A stretch of 64,000 bases of DNA from Podarcis cretensis. Its lineage: Eukaryota. Within the stretch, counting starts at the first letter, position 1; every line of letters starts with the position of its first letter. The notes under the pieces were generated by a model. It worked only from the letters and a program-made list of their open reading frames with translations, was not told where the DNA came from and did no database searches. The stretch spans positions 36,704,001-36,768,000 of the forward strand of contig OX638160.1 of assembly GCA_951804945.1 (NCBI GenBank), written 5' to 3'. The position numbers were made by a program, and so were the translations under genes. Of this stretch, positions 24,520 to 36,074 are shown in pieces.

Positions 24520-25113
24520 TTTGAGCATGTTACCCAGATCCTGGTCTACCAATTAGTTTCCGGTCCCAATTCAAAGTGCTGGTTTTGACCTATAGCAGGC
24601 ACAGGCAAACTCCGCCCTCCAGATGTTTTGGGACTACAACTCCCATGATCCCTAGCGAACAGGACCAGTGTTCAGGGATGATGGGAACTATAGTCCCAAA
24701 ATATCTGGAGGGCAGAGTTTGCCTATGCCTGACCTATAGAGCCTTAAACGGCTCAGGACCGCGATGCCTCAAGCACTGCTCTTTCCATATGAACCTACCC
24801 AGACCCTGAGATCATCTTCTGAGGCCCTCCGTCATGTGCCGCCTCCTCAAGAGGTCCAGAGGGTGGCAAAATGCAGTGGCCCCCCATCTGTGGAATGCTT
24901 TCCCCAGGGAAGTGCATCTGGTGCCTTCATTATACACTTTTAGGTGTCAGGCAAAAAGTTCCTTTTTTAACCAGGACTTTGGTTGATCCGATTTACATCC
25001 TATGCCCTTTTAAAATGTGTGTGTTTTTTTTGGGGGGGGATTGGGTTGCTGTTTTTATATTTATTGGGTATTTTGTGGTTTTATATCTTGATTTTATTCT
25101 GTGAACCACCCTG

Positions 25114-25115
<2 letters not shown>
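24520..25115 (+). mobile_element. L2 3' fragment with a nested hAT MITE
   Basis: caattcaaagtgctggttttgacctat (QFKVLVLTY) and tgtggaatgctttccccaggga motifs; followed by (taa)n at 25117-25160. Confidence 0.8.
24596..24731. mobile_element. 136-bp hAT MITE
   Basis: TIR caggcacaggcaaactc / gagtttgcctatgcctg; perfect TSD acctatag. Confidence 0.9.
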
Positions 25116-25164
<49 letters not shown>

Positions 25165-26252
25165 CATCCAATGCCTGTTTAGAATTTGTTGGGGAGGGGC
25201 AAATTATTGGGTCATTCTTGTTTTTGTTTTTATTATGTATTTTGTGTTTTCTTTTGTGATTTTATATTGTGAACCATCCTGAGACCTGTGGGCATAGCTT
25301 TGTAAACAACAACAACAACAACATGATATCCAATAACTTATACATGCAATTATTCTTTTCTCATGTTTCCTTATTCTATCAGCGTCAAAGCAGGAAGGGA
25401 TGTTCAAAATTCCTTCAGTACTAAATGTTTGTCATATAGGTCTGCTTTAAATATATATATATTATTTTTTAAAAAACCCTCAAATAATGAGAAATCAGTT
25501 GTGAAGGAAAATCAAATATGTATGGCAAAGTGACAGAGCTGCCAATCACTGAATGAACCAATGCACTGCCAGATTCAGCAAAAGGAAAGCTAGGGGCATG
25601 AACCCCCTGGGGAGTCTGATCAGACCAAGCCTTTCAGGTGAAGAACATTTGACAAAGAAAACAGATTTGCTTCCGCAACCTGTCCCTGCCATAGGCTCTG
25701 TTGAACAAAGCCCATAAAATCCTGTAGCCATAAATTGTGACAAATCCACATGATAATCTGCTCACGCTGGCCTAACCAAATGAAACTAAGAAAAATACTG
25801 CAGAAACTCAGAGGGAAGTGATACAGTTTCTGCTGTTAACAAATGGAAATCTCAGGGAAATTGGGCAGCAAGACAGCACGAAATCGATAAATATAAAGGG
25901 ACGAGATGTCAAAAAGGCAGGGTTTGCAGCAACAAGCCTCTTTTATCAACGCAGAACTCTCATATATTATTTTCTTTGTTTCTGCAGGTGATGTATTTTT
26001 TATAGAGAGTTCTCTGTATAACTACATGGCTCTTACAACATTGCTGATCATTTCATTTTAGCCCCAGAACCTGAGGAGATATTATCCAAACCTCCACCTC
26101 AAGTCGTATTTCTCTTCAAATGAACCTGAGCTATGTCAGAAATGGAAGACTGTGAAAAATGGACCGAAGGCGAACAGACCGAAAGAGTAAAATACTCTAT
26201 TTTCTTATTGTGTCCTATATTGGCAAATGTATATGATGGCCTCTCTCCAATA

Positions 26253-26611
26253 CACGGGTGGTGCTGTGGTCCAAACCACTGAGCCTCTTGGGCTTGCTGA
26301 TCAGAAGGTCAACGATTTAAATCCCCACAATGGAGTGAGCTCCCATTGCTCTGTCCCAGCTCCTGCCAACCTAGCAGTTCAAAAGCACACCAGTGCAAGT
26401 AGATAAATAGGTACCACTGTGGTGGGAAGGTAAACGGTGTTTCCGTGCACTCTGGCTTCCGTTGTGCCAGAAGCAGTTTAGTCATGGTGGCCACATGACC
26501 CAGAAAGCTGTCTGTGGACAAACGCCGGCTCCCTTGGTCTGAAAGCGAGATGAGCGCTGCAACCCCATAGTCGCCTTTGACTAGACTTAACTGGTCCTTT
26601 ACCTTTACCTT
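26253..26611 (+). mobile_element. Sauria SINE
   Basis: Conserved body and cctttacctttacc tail. Confidence 0.92.
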
Positions 26612-27195
26612 CCCTTAACACCAAAGAACACTTAAACTCTAGCAAGTTCTCTGATTTGTTAGGCTATTCTATTTTAAGAATCTAAAGAAAAGACCTGCTT
26701 GATTTAGTGCAGCGCGAATAGGAAGTCCTCAAGCAAGTCATGGTTACAGAAGTGTTCTCCCCACTTGCCAGCAACTACTGCAAAGTTGGATAAGAATGCA
26801 GTTGTCGCTTTCATTTTCATTTGTTCTGGGATTTTCAACGCTTACTATTTTTGAAAACAACTGTGAAAGTTAGGAAAAGTAAAAAAGCAAAGTGATACAC
26901 GTCTATGATGACCCAACAAATCACAGCTTCCATCCTTAATTCACATTACCAAAACAGGCATGCACGTTTTGGTAATATGGATTAACCAAAATGTCATGCA
27001 TGTTTGATTATTTTCAGGAGGACATGTCTCATTTTCCTGCCGCCTTCTTGCCTGGCAGGTTCTTTTTTGGACATGTGGCAGGAAAGCATTTTCAACATCT
27101 GGATTTTAAAAAGTGGCTTGAATAAGAGAAAATGGTTCCATTCCTTCACTGAGAAATCTTAGCATATGTGGTCAAAAGAACTGTGAATGTCTATA

Positions 27196-27421
27196 CAGTG
27201 GTACCTTGGGTTAAGTACTTAATTCGTTCTGGAGGTCCGTTCTTAACCTGAAACTGTTCTTAACCTGAAGCACCACTTTAGCTAATGGGGCCTCCTGCTG
27301 CTGCCGCGCTGCCAGAGCACGATTTCTGTTCTCATCCTGAAGCAAAGTTCTTAACCTGAAGCACTATTTCTGGGTTAGCGGAGCCTGTAACCAGAAGCGT
27401 ATGTAACCTGAGGTACCACTG
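27196..27421 (+). mobile_element. Tc1/mariner (Tigger-like) MITE
   Basis: TIR cagtggtacct / aggtaccactg flanked by TA; copies at 33083 and 44185. Confidence 0.9.
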
Positions 27422-27876
27422 TAATAGGTAAAGGGGGGGGGTTGTCTAAGAAGACAAACTCACTTCTCTGTGCATTTTTCCTCAATCTCCCCCACCCTTT
27501 TGGTGTTATAATTTCACAGCTATTGATTTATTTAGTTATTTATAAAATTACCAACCTCGCTCCTTTCGATACTCAAAAGGCAAAGATGGCTTATGCACCT
27601 GATACACAGTGATCCAACCACTGAAACACAAATGTCCTAATTAAAAACCACAGCAGAATACAAGATTACAAAGAACAGCACTAACAATCAATATGTTGCA
27701 GATTCAAGTAGGTAGCCGTGTTGGTCTGTCATAGTCATAATTAATAACAAGATGAAAGATAAAAAATTATTAAAAGATGATCCAAAAAGAACTCCCTTAA
27801 GAGAATCAAGTCTTTTTGTCTTAAGACAGACTTTAAAAGAATATTTCCCTTTTTTTATAAAGTATAAGCTTTCTAG

Positions 27877-27914
27877 GTATGAGCTTTTGTGTGTATACAC
27901 ACTTCGTCAGATAC
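27877..27914 (-). ncRNA. Degenerate minimal type-I hammerhead ribozyme motif
   Basis: Minus strand gtat-CTGACGA-agtgtgtatacacac-aAAA-gcTC-atac; core GAAA has become AAAA. Confidence 0.65.
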
Positions 27915-28050
27915 TCTGAAGCAGAGGCCGCTACAACCTTACAACTGTTGATGACTGTTAATGATGGCAGTTGGTTCCACAGGCAAAGGCAATGGATTTT
28001 TAAAGGGATAGATGACCAATATTGCTAATTGTAGCGACCTCTGCTTCATA

Positions 28051-28074
28051 GTATCTGAAGATGAAAGCTCATAC
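28051..28074 (+). ncRNA. Minimal hammerhead motif lacking helix II
   Basis: gtat-CTGAAGA-t-GAAA-gcTC-atac. Confidence 0.55.
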
Positions 28075-28869
28075 CTAGAAGGCTTATACTTAGTTACTCT
28101 TTAAGGTGCTACTGGAATTATAAAAAAAAAAAAATGGGGCAAGATTATTTTAAAGACTGTCTTAAGACAAAAAGACTTGATTCTCTTAAGGGAGTTCTTC
28201 TTGGATCATCTTTTAATAATTTTTTATCTTTCATCTTGTTATTAATCAATATGTTGAACAGCAAAAGAATCAAATGCCTTTTTAAAAAATGAAATGTTTT
28301 CAGTTGCTGGTCAAATAAAGAAGAAGATAATCTCTGGGGTAGACAGAGTGTGACCACCACAGAAGAGGCCCTGCCATGTGTTTATGTTTCAAGGAATCAC
28401 TTTTTTCTAGTTGTTTAGTGGTAAAACGCAGGAGGAGATCTCAGGTAGCTTTTTAAAAAATGTAGTTGCATTTTAGAGCAGAGCAAAAGAAAAGAATCAA
28501 CTGTTAAAGAAAAAATTATTTCAAGATGTCATATTGCATCATCCTGTTAGCCTTTCACACCTCAAGCTGAAAAGTAATCTGGTAAGAAAATGAGCTTTTA
28601 CTGGCATATGGATAATTCTCCTTTGTGGGTGGGTGGTGAGGAGAAGTATTCCAATATTTTGCTAACCATCTGGAACCTTTCTAGCCTGAAATATATATAT
28701 TTTAAATTGTGATCAGACTGAAGCTGCGAGCCGTAAATCAGATTCGTGTTCAGAAGTAGGTGGTGCAGAACTAGGAAGGCCACTGAGGGACAGAAAGAAC
28801 TGTCATTCTGGCTGCAATCTGGGGGGGGGGGGCTGCTTACTAAAGTCCCATTGAATTTACCTAGGACAT

Positions 28870-29035
28870 GCCATAGCTCAGTGGTAGAGCATTTGTCTTC
28901 CATGCAGAAGGTCCCAGGTTCAATATCAGACATCTCCAGCTATGGCTGGGAGAGACTCCCTGTCTGAAGAACTGCTACAGGTCAATGTAAGCTAGATGAA
29001 CCAGTAGACCTGAGGCAGTATAAGGCAGTTTCCTT
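28870..29035 (+). mobile_element. tRNA(Ala-like) SINE with LINE-like tail
   Basis: tagctcagtggtagagc A-box, ggtcccaggttcaat B-box, gctagatg...taaggcag tail; relatives near 36150-36310, 41290-41415, 44085-44490, 49325-49490. Confidence 0.8.
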
Positions 29036-29120
29036 CTTTGTGAACCTGTGGACCTGCCAGAACCTCTTGATCTTCATCTGAGTCCCTCTTTTGGCTGCCC
29101 GCTTTGAGAGAGGTTTAGAA

Positions 29121-29256
29121 AAGGCATAGGCAAACTCTGGCCTTCCAGATGTTTGGGACTACAATTCCCATCATCCCTGACCACTGGTCTTGTTAGCTAG
29201 GGATGATGAGAATTGTAGTCCCAGACACGTAGAGGGCTGGAGTTTGCCTATACCTG
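29121..29256. mobile_element. 136-bp hAT MITE in an L2 remnant
   Basis: aggcataggcaaact / agtttgcctatacctg; TSD gtttagaa/gtttagag. Confidence 0.85.
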
Positions 29257-29429
29257 GTTTAGAGGCTTGCAGCAAGAAAGAGAGCCTTTTCAGTTGTGGC
29301 TCCACACCTGGAATACTCTCTCCAGTGAGGTCCACCCAACACCATTCTTAATATCTTTTCACCACCATGGTGTCTTGTTTTATGCTTTCAAAATTTTGTA
29401 AGTCGTTGAGAGACTCCTTATGTGTTGGG

Positions 29430-29595
29430 NNNNNNNNNNNNNNNNNNNNNNNNNNNNNNNNNNNNNNNNNNNNNNNNNNNNNNNNNNNNNNNNNNNNNNN
29501 NNNNNNNNNNNNNNNNNNNNNNNNNNNNNNNNNNNNNNNNNNNNNNNNNNNNNNNNNNNNNNNNNNNNNNNNNNNNNNNNNNNNNNNNNNNNNNN
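29430..29595. other. Assembly gap
   Basis: Run of N. Confidence 1.
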
Positions 29596-29611
29596 TTACA
29601 TAGTGAGAATG

Positions 29612-29747
29612 CTGTGTTTCCCAAACCTGGGTCTCCAGCTGTTTTTGGACTACAAATCCCATCATCTCTGGCCTCTGGTCCTGCTAGTTAGGGATGATGG
29701 AAGTTGTAGTCCAACAACAGACAGAGACCCAAGTTTGGGAAACCCTG
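29612..29747. mobile_element. 136-bp hAT MITE
   Basis: ctgtgtttcccaaacctggg / cccaagtttgggaaaccctg. Confidence 0.85.
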
Positions 29748-30163
29748 ATGTATGCACTCTGCTAATAAAATCACAGCATAAAATGGTTGGTTTTATTTGC
29801 ATAAGAATAAAGACAATCATGATGGAAGAAAGGGTGTGGTTCCTTTATTTTTAGAACATGACAGGCCATTGTAATCTTAAAATCTTAACAGGAAAAGACC
29901 CCTTCAGTGAGGGTTTTCAGATACTTTGGTTCGGAAGGAGGTGCTATATATTGACCTTCCTGCTTCTGCTGCCACCATTGCCAAAAAGTCAGAAAATCTC
30001 ATGATGGAGAATGGTGAGAACCTATGCTGGGAGAAGGGTGGCAGAGGAGAGCTGTAAAACCATGGAGCCAACTTGGGCTGAGTTTGGGGGTCACATCTTG
30101 CCAGTACTTAAAGAGCTCCATTGGCTTCCAGTCCATATCCAAGCACAATTCAAAGAACTTGTA

Positions 30164-30486
30164 AAAGGTAAAGGTAAAGGGACCTCTGACCGTTAGGTCC
30201 AGTCACGGACAACTCTGGGGTTGCGGCACTCATCTTGCTTTACTGGCCGAGGGAACCGGCGTACAGCTTCCGGGTCATGTGGCCAGCATGACTAAGCTGC
30301 TTCTGGCAAACCAGAGCAGTGCATGGAAACGCTGTTTACCTTCCCGCCGGAGCAGTACCTATTTATCTACTTGCACTTTGACGTGCTTTCAAACTGCTAG
30401 GTTGGCAGGAGGTGGGACCAAGCAACGGGAGCTCACCCCATTGCAGGGATTCAAACCGCTGACCTTCTGATTGGCAAACCCTAGGC
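30164..30486 (-). mobile_element. Sauria SINE (slightly 5'-truncated)
   Basis: (aaaggt)n tail and conserved body. Confidence 0.93.
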
Positions 30487-33082
30487 CCTTCCTGGCACAT
30501 GCCTGCCCAGCTGCGTCCTCCTCACAGCCTGACCCGCCCCGGGCGCTAAGATGCACTCTGCCACTGAACATAACTCCTGCATAAGTGGGGAGTCTCCTGT
30601 ATTAGTGGCTTAATTTTTCCTGCTATCTGAACCAACCTCAATTTCCTCTCCAGCTGACAATGCTGGAGCTATTTCAAAGGGGGAATGAATTGCCGATAGC
30701 TTCTTCAAACCCACTACTTTTATCAGAATCACTACTGCTTCCTGCTCAGATTTTTTGGACCATGCGGCACAACCCAGGTGACTTTACTCAACTATATATA
30801 TATGTATATATAAGCATAACCGGCTGCCATTGGGTTAGCTCACCTCGAGCGGAATCTGCAAATAAGCCTGGGTGAAAACAATCAGAGGCCGTTTGCTGTA
30901 TAACTTCAGAAAACAGAGAGAGCCACGCCAAGAGCGAACTGTCCCAAACCCAACTGAACAGGTGTGCATTTCCATAATAGCTGCTGGAGTCACAGAGGCA
31001 GCGATGTTTTGCTGCGTGTTTGGAAACGAATTAGCAATCTTCCTGCACCCTGTCCTAGTGATTGAAATAAATTACTTTGTTAAATTGCTAAGCAGGTTGA
31101 CCCATCTGTTGGCCCATGAATGTTCAGATTCTCCAAGGGTTTATTATTCCAAATAATAACTGCCATATGCAACCGTAAACAGTTCTTTTAGAGATGACTG
31201 AAACATTCTGTGTTACTTCTGAAGGCAATTTACAAAGCCATTCATAGCCCCATAAAGGATCTGCCCTTCAACGAAACTTCCACAAAGTGATCCTGACTAG
31301 TTGATACTGATAGGGAATATCTCGTTTCCTTTCAGCCAAGGCATGGGTAAAACTACACCCAATAGGATGGAATAAGTTAGCATCCGTTCTCCAAGGGCAG
31401 AGCAAGGTGAAAGCATGAGTCACTGAAAACCGGTGTCCCAAAACGCTGGTTTCCAGATCCTGGTGCGCTTATTCAAAGGGGCAGCGACCGCAATCAGAAT
31501 GCTACATGTACAATCTGCATTTTAAAATACATCATAAAATAAATCCGAGATGACACAATGTCAGCAATTGTATAAAAACACTCGTCGAGCCAAGTGGACG
31601 GTGGGTGAAATGTTGCAAAATGAAAACCACTCTGTCCAAGAGGATAGACGGGCTTTGCAATGTACCTCGAAGCTCAGTAAATACTGGCTCTATCCCCAGA
31701 ATGGAATAAAGCCATTCTAGAGCTCTCTTCTGCCAATTTCTCCTAAATTGTCAACAAAACCAACTGAGCTGTGAGCTCGTTTGATTTCGTGCCAAGATCT
31801 CGCCCCCCTCAAAAAAGTGCTTTTATCAGGGCCGTGATGTTGCGCTGTGTTCCAAAAATATGCATTTTTGGGTGCCGTATGAACACAGCCCTGAAAAAGC
31901 ATGTCTTTGGGGCTCCATGATCTTGTGCAGATCACATGACTCACACAGGAGCACGGGCAGGAAGACCCAAACTCTGCTTTTGGGACTTGATAGGTTGAAG
32001 CAGAAGTCAGAGAGCAAAGAAGCCTGTCGTTGAAATGGGAGCACATAACTGCACATCACTTCTCAATACTCTTCCCGCTGCTGAAACCAGAAGTGTGGCC
32101 ATTTCAAAAAAAAGCTATCAACAATATTACTTTATCAACACTGGTGGCATTTTATATGGAAGCCTGAGAGGACTGGAATATTAAAGCCAGCACAACCCTC
32201 TGTTGGATTTCAGTTTCTCAGTTTCAGTGTGTGATGGTCCCCTCTGTCTATTTTCTATTAACTTCCACACACATTTGTCTTACTTTTTTGGCCTTCACAA
32301 TGGATGGCCTGAAAAGCAATTTCTGAACAGTCCCCCAGTTTTTTCCATGGGTTAAAAAAAGAAAGAAAAAGCCTCTAATGTACACCATTCTTATGTTAGA
32401 ACATCACCCACCCCACACCCAGCTAACATTATGCACTGTGTATTACAGCAAAGCCTATAAACCACTGCCCATGCCTAGAGTATCCATGATTTGTTCATGA
32501 TGTTAGCAATGACCCATCATGGATAGAGTGCAGATGTTTGGCTGCTGATGGATGCCTCACGTCCAACACATGGCTGGCTCTTGATGTATTCCATTGAAGT
32601 ATTAATCACATGTGGAAGATGCTTCTCTGGTGTTGGTGGGGTTTCTTCGGGTTGGTTTTTTTTTTTAATTATCCCCATGAAAAATTGAATGCCTAATACC
32701 ACATTTTGTACTCGATAAGCCCACGAGAATGAATTCTCTTAAGAAGAAATCACAACAATGCTATTAAAAAGGCATAAGCTGCTGCTCTTGACATGAAGAC
32801 TTATTGGGATCTCCTGACTCGACCAAATGACTGAGCTTTGCCTGGGCTGATTTATGCCAGAGCAAACTGCCTTTCACAGGGGGAATCAAAGGAGGTGTTG
32901 CCATAGAAATGGAGGCCTGAGCACATGATGTGGAAGCAGAATAGGGATTCATGGAAGCAACACCTGTGGTGCAAGGTGCCAGATGAAAAGAACTTTTTAC
33001 AGCTTTTCTAGTGTGAACAAAAGCATTTTTACGGGGTCTGGCGGTGGGAAGATAGGCATGCCTTCCTTCCCCATAGGAAGGA

Positions 33083-33323
33083 AGTGGTACCTCAGGTTAC
33101 AGACGCTTCAGGTTACATACGCTTCAGGTTACAGACCCCGCTAACCCAGAAATAGTACCTCAGGTTAAGAACTTTGCTTCAGGATGAGAACAGAAATCGT
33201 GCTCCGGCGGTGCAGCAGCAGCGGGAGGTCCCATTAGCTAAAGTGGTACCTCAGGTTAAGAACAGTTTCAGGTTAAGAACGGACCTCCAGAACGAATTAA
33301 GTTCTTAACCTGAGGTACCACTG
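33083..33323 (-). mobile_element. Tigger-like MITE
   Basis: Reverse complement of 27196-27421; ends aggtaccactg-ta. Confidence 0.9.
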
Positions 33324-34654
33324 TATTCAGTGGGTTCATGTCAATATATCCCAGAATCCTCTCCATTTAGCTTTCCAGGAGGAAGACCTCATACCTTAGA
33401 CAGAGGCCTTCTGGAGAAGGATTGGGCAGACTACATACAAGAAATGAATGATGGAGCACACAAAGCAGCCACCTTGGATGCCATGATGAGTCACATAATG
33501 GGAGTAACAGGCAGGATATTAATGTGCTAGATAAATGCAATACTTGGGAAATGTTAATGCTCAGGAAGTGCATTAACACTGCATTAACACAGCAGAGCAA
33601 AACACTGGCGGTTTGTTAGGCTGAAGTCATTGTACCTGTGACAAGGCCATGTGGCAAACATGTTACTTACAGTTTGAATTTGGGAAACAGAAGTGGACTG
33701 AAGTCACTTCACTTTCAGGGGCACTAAAAACAGTTTTAGAGAAAGGGGTATTGTGCAGCCACTCACCATGGCAGTGCCATGTATCTATGGGGGTATTGCA
33801 TGCACCAGGTACAAGCCAGGGTTGTGTAGTGGCTGGAGTGTTAGATTAGGAGATCAGGGTTCAAATACATATTCAGCCATGATTTTGCACCAGCTGCAAC
33901 TTCTGTTCGGTTTTTAATGGTTGATATTGTATTATGTTTTTAATATTTTGTTGGGAGCCACCCAGAGTGGCTGGGGAAACCCAGTCAGATGGGCAGCAAA
34001 TTATTATTATAGTTGTTGTTGTTGTTGTTGTCATTCAACCTCAAGGGCAGTCTCACATTGTTGCAGTTGTGGCTCCTTTCACCGAGACAAATAAGCCAAT
34101 TAGTTTGTGTATCAGGAATTCTGAGCTGAAAGTCTTCAAGCAAATTAGATTATAATTGCAACAGCCAACACATATCAGTTGCAAGGAAGAACAAGGGCCT
34201 TGAATGTATTGAGCGCAATAGGTTTTGGCAGCTTTTTTATTTAGCTTCAGGCTTCACAGGAAACAACACTGTGAGCTTTCGAAACTTCTCTTGATTGCTA
34301 CAAGTTTCCCAAATTTGCATCTTCTTTATATCAATGCTCTTTTCATTTCCTTCTCCTTCCATCGCATGGTCTGTTAGTCACTGTATTGCACTTCAGAACC
34401 ACTTATGAACTGTACACTGCAAGAAAAGTCATTGCAAGTGGAGTCCAGGACTGATGTAGGCAGCATTTGACTAGGGATTGCGATACCCACAAAATTTCCT
34501 TTGGAGAATTCGCATTCATAACTACTGCATGCATGTTTAGTGGTATTTTATGCATAATAATAATAATAATAATAATTTAATATTTATACCCCGTCCATCT
34601 GGCTGGGTTTCCCCAGCCACTCTGGGCAGTTTCCACAATATTAAAATACAATAA

Positions 34655-34808
34655 AAAGGTAGAGGACCTCTGACAGTTAAGTCCAGTCGCAGATGACTCT
34701 GGATTGTGGCGCTCATCTCTCTTTACAGGCTGAGGGAGCTGGAGTTTGTCCGCAGACAGTTTTTCCAGGTCATGTGGCTAGCATGACTTCTGGCACAATG
34801 GGACATGA
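34655..34808 (-). mobile_element. Sauria SINE 3' fragment next to an L2 tail (34560-34654)
   Basis: gacagttaagtccagtc...ggtcatgtggctagcatgact. Confidence 0.8.
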
Positions 34809-34820
34809 TGATGCAATGTA

Positions 34821-36074
34821 CAGTTGTACCTTGGCTCTCAAACGCCTTGGGAGTCGGACGTTTCAGCTCCCAAACGATTGAAAACCGGAAGCGAGTATTG
34901 CAGGTTTTGAATGTTCTTTTGGATATTTACAGATTAATGAAATGTTTAAAAAAGACATAAAAGAATGTGGGTATGAAGAAAAAGATTCAAAGTTTCAAGT
35001 AGATATAATAAATAATGAATGTAAAATTCTTTCAAAAATGTATAAAATACTGTTGGAGTGGAACATGAAAGGTGAAGAGGTTAAATCGGTAATTATACAA
35101 TGGGCCAAAGACTTCGGTTATAATATACAATTTGACGATTGGGGAAAATTGTGGAAAGAAAATCTGAAATTTACTGCATGTACTGCGTTGAAGGAAAATG
35201 TTATGAAAATGTTTTACAGATGGTATATCACACCGGTAAAATTAGCAAAAATGTATAAGACATGTAATAAGTGTTGGAAATGTAAAGAAAAAGAAGGAAC
35301 ATTTTACCATATGTGGTGGGAATGTAAGAAGGTGAAAGGTTTCTGGGATGCCATTTATAATGAATTGAAAAAGATGTTAAAATTTACTTTTGTGAAGAAG
35401 CCAGAAGCCTTTCTTTTAGGAATTACAGGAAAAGAAATAAGAAGAAAAGACTGTAAACTCTTTCAGTATGCAGTTACAGCGGCAAGGACTTTATTTGCTC
35501 AAAAATGGAAACAAGAGGAATTACCGACAATAGAAAAATGGAGATTGAAATTTACAGACTATGCGGAACTGGACAAATTAACTGGGAAAATCAGATATGC
35601 CCGAGACCAAAGGTTCATCGAAGACTGGGGAAAGTTTGTAGAGTATCTGAAAAATGTATGCGATATACAAACAACGCTAGTGGGGTTTCGAGAGGCATTG
35701 TAAAAACTGAGAGATATTGTCAAAAAAGAAATAGAGGGGAGAGGGAAGATAAATAGCAATATGTGTAAAGGGAATGCGTAATTAAGAGATAAACATGGAT
35801 GATTTCCAGGGAAGCTGAAGGAAGTCCAAAAGAGATGTTTTGTTACAATTTGGTTAAAAATGTATAAATGTATTGGAAAATTAATAAAAAGTTATATATA
35901 TATATAAAAATGAGTGTTCTTTTGGAAGCTGAACGTCCGACGGGGCTTCCGCAGCTTCTGATTGGCTGCAGGAGCTTCCTGCAGCCAATCAGAAGCCACG
36001 CTTTGGAAGTCGAAGGTTTCGGAAGTCAAACGGACTTCCGGAACGGATTCTGTTTGACTTCTGAGGTACAATTG
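34821..36074. mobile_element. Tigger-like MITE split by an L1 insertion
   Basis: ta-cagttgtacct ... aggtacaattg-ta termini; the halves rejoin across the L1 TSD. Confidence 0.8.
34924..35910 (+). mobile_element. 5'-truncated L1/Tx1-like LINE; ORF2 C-terminal 253 aa at 34942-35703
   Basis: Cys-rich motif CWKCKEKEGTFYHMWWEC; aataaa and A/TA tail; TSD tgaatgttcttttgga/tgagtgttcttttgga (34908-34923, 35911-35926). Confidence 0.92.

Larger units (their letters stand above)
27699..28243. mobile_element. Penelope-like element remnant with inverted pLTRs
   Basis: gtaggtagccgtgttggtctg terminus; taaggtgctactggaa; inverted arms 27740-27936 / 28029-28246; 13-bp TSD aatcaatatgttg (27686-27698, 28244-28256). 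Confidence 0.8.

Noticed and set aside
29348-29854. ORFs spanning X runs (also 1635-1964)
   Set aside because: Artefacts of assembly gaps
34942-35703. 253-aa ORF as a cellular gene
   Set aside because: It is a LINE ORF2 C-terminus inside a TSD-bounded truncated insertion
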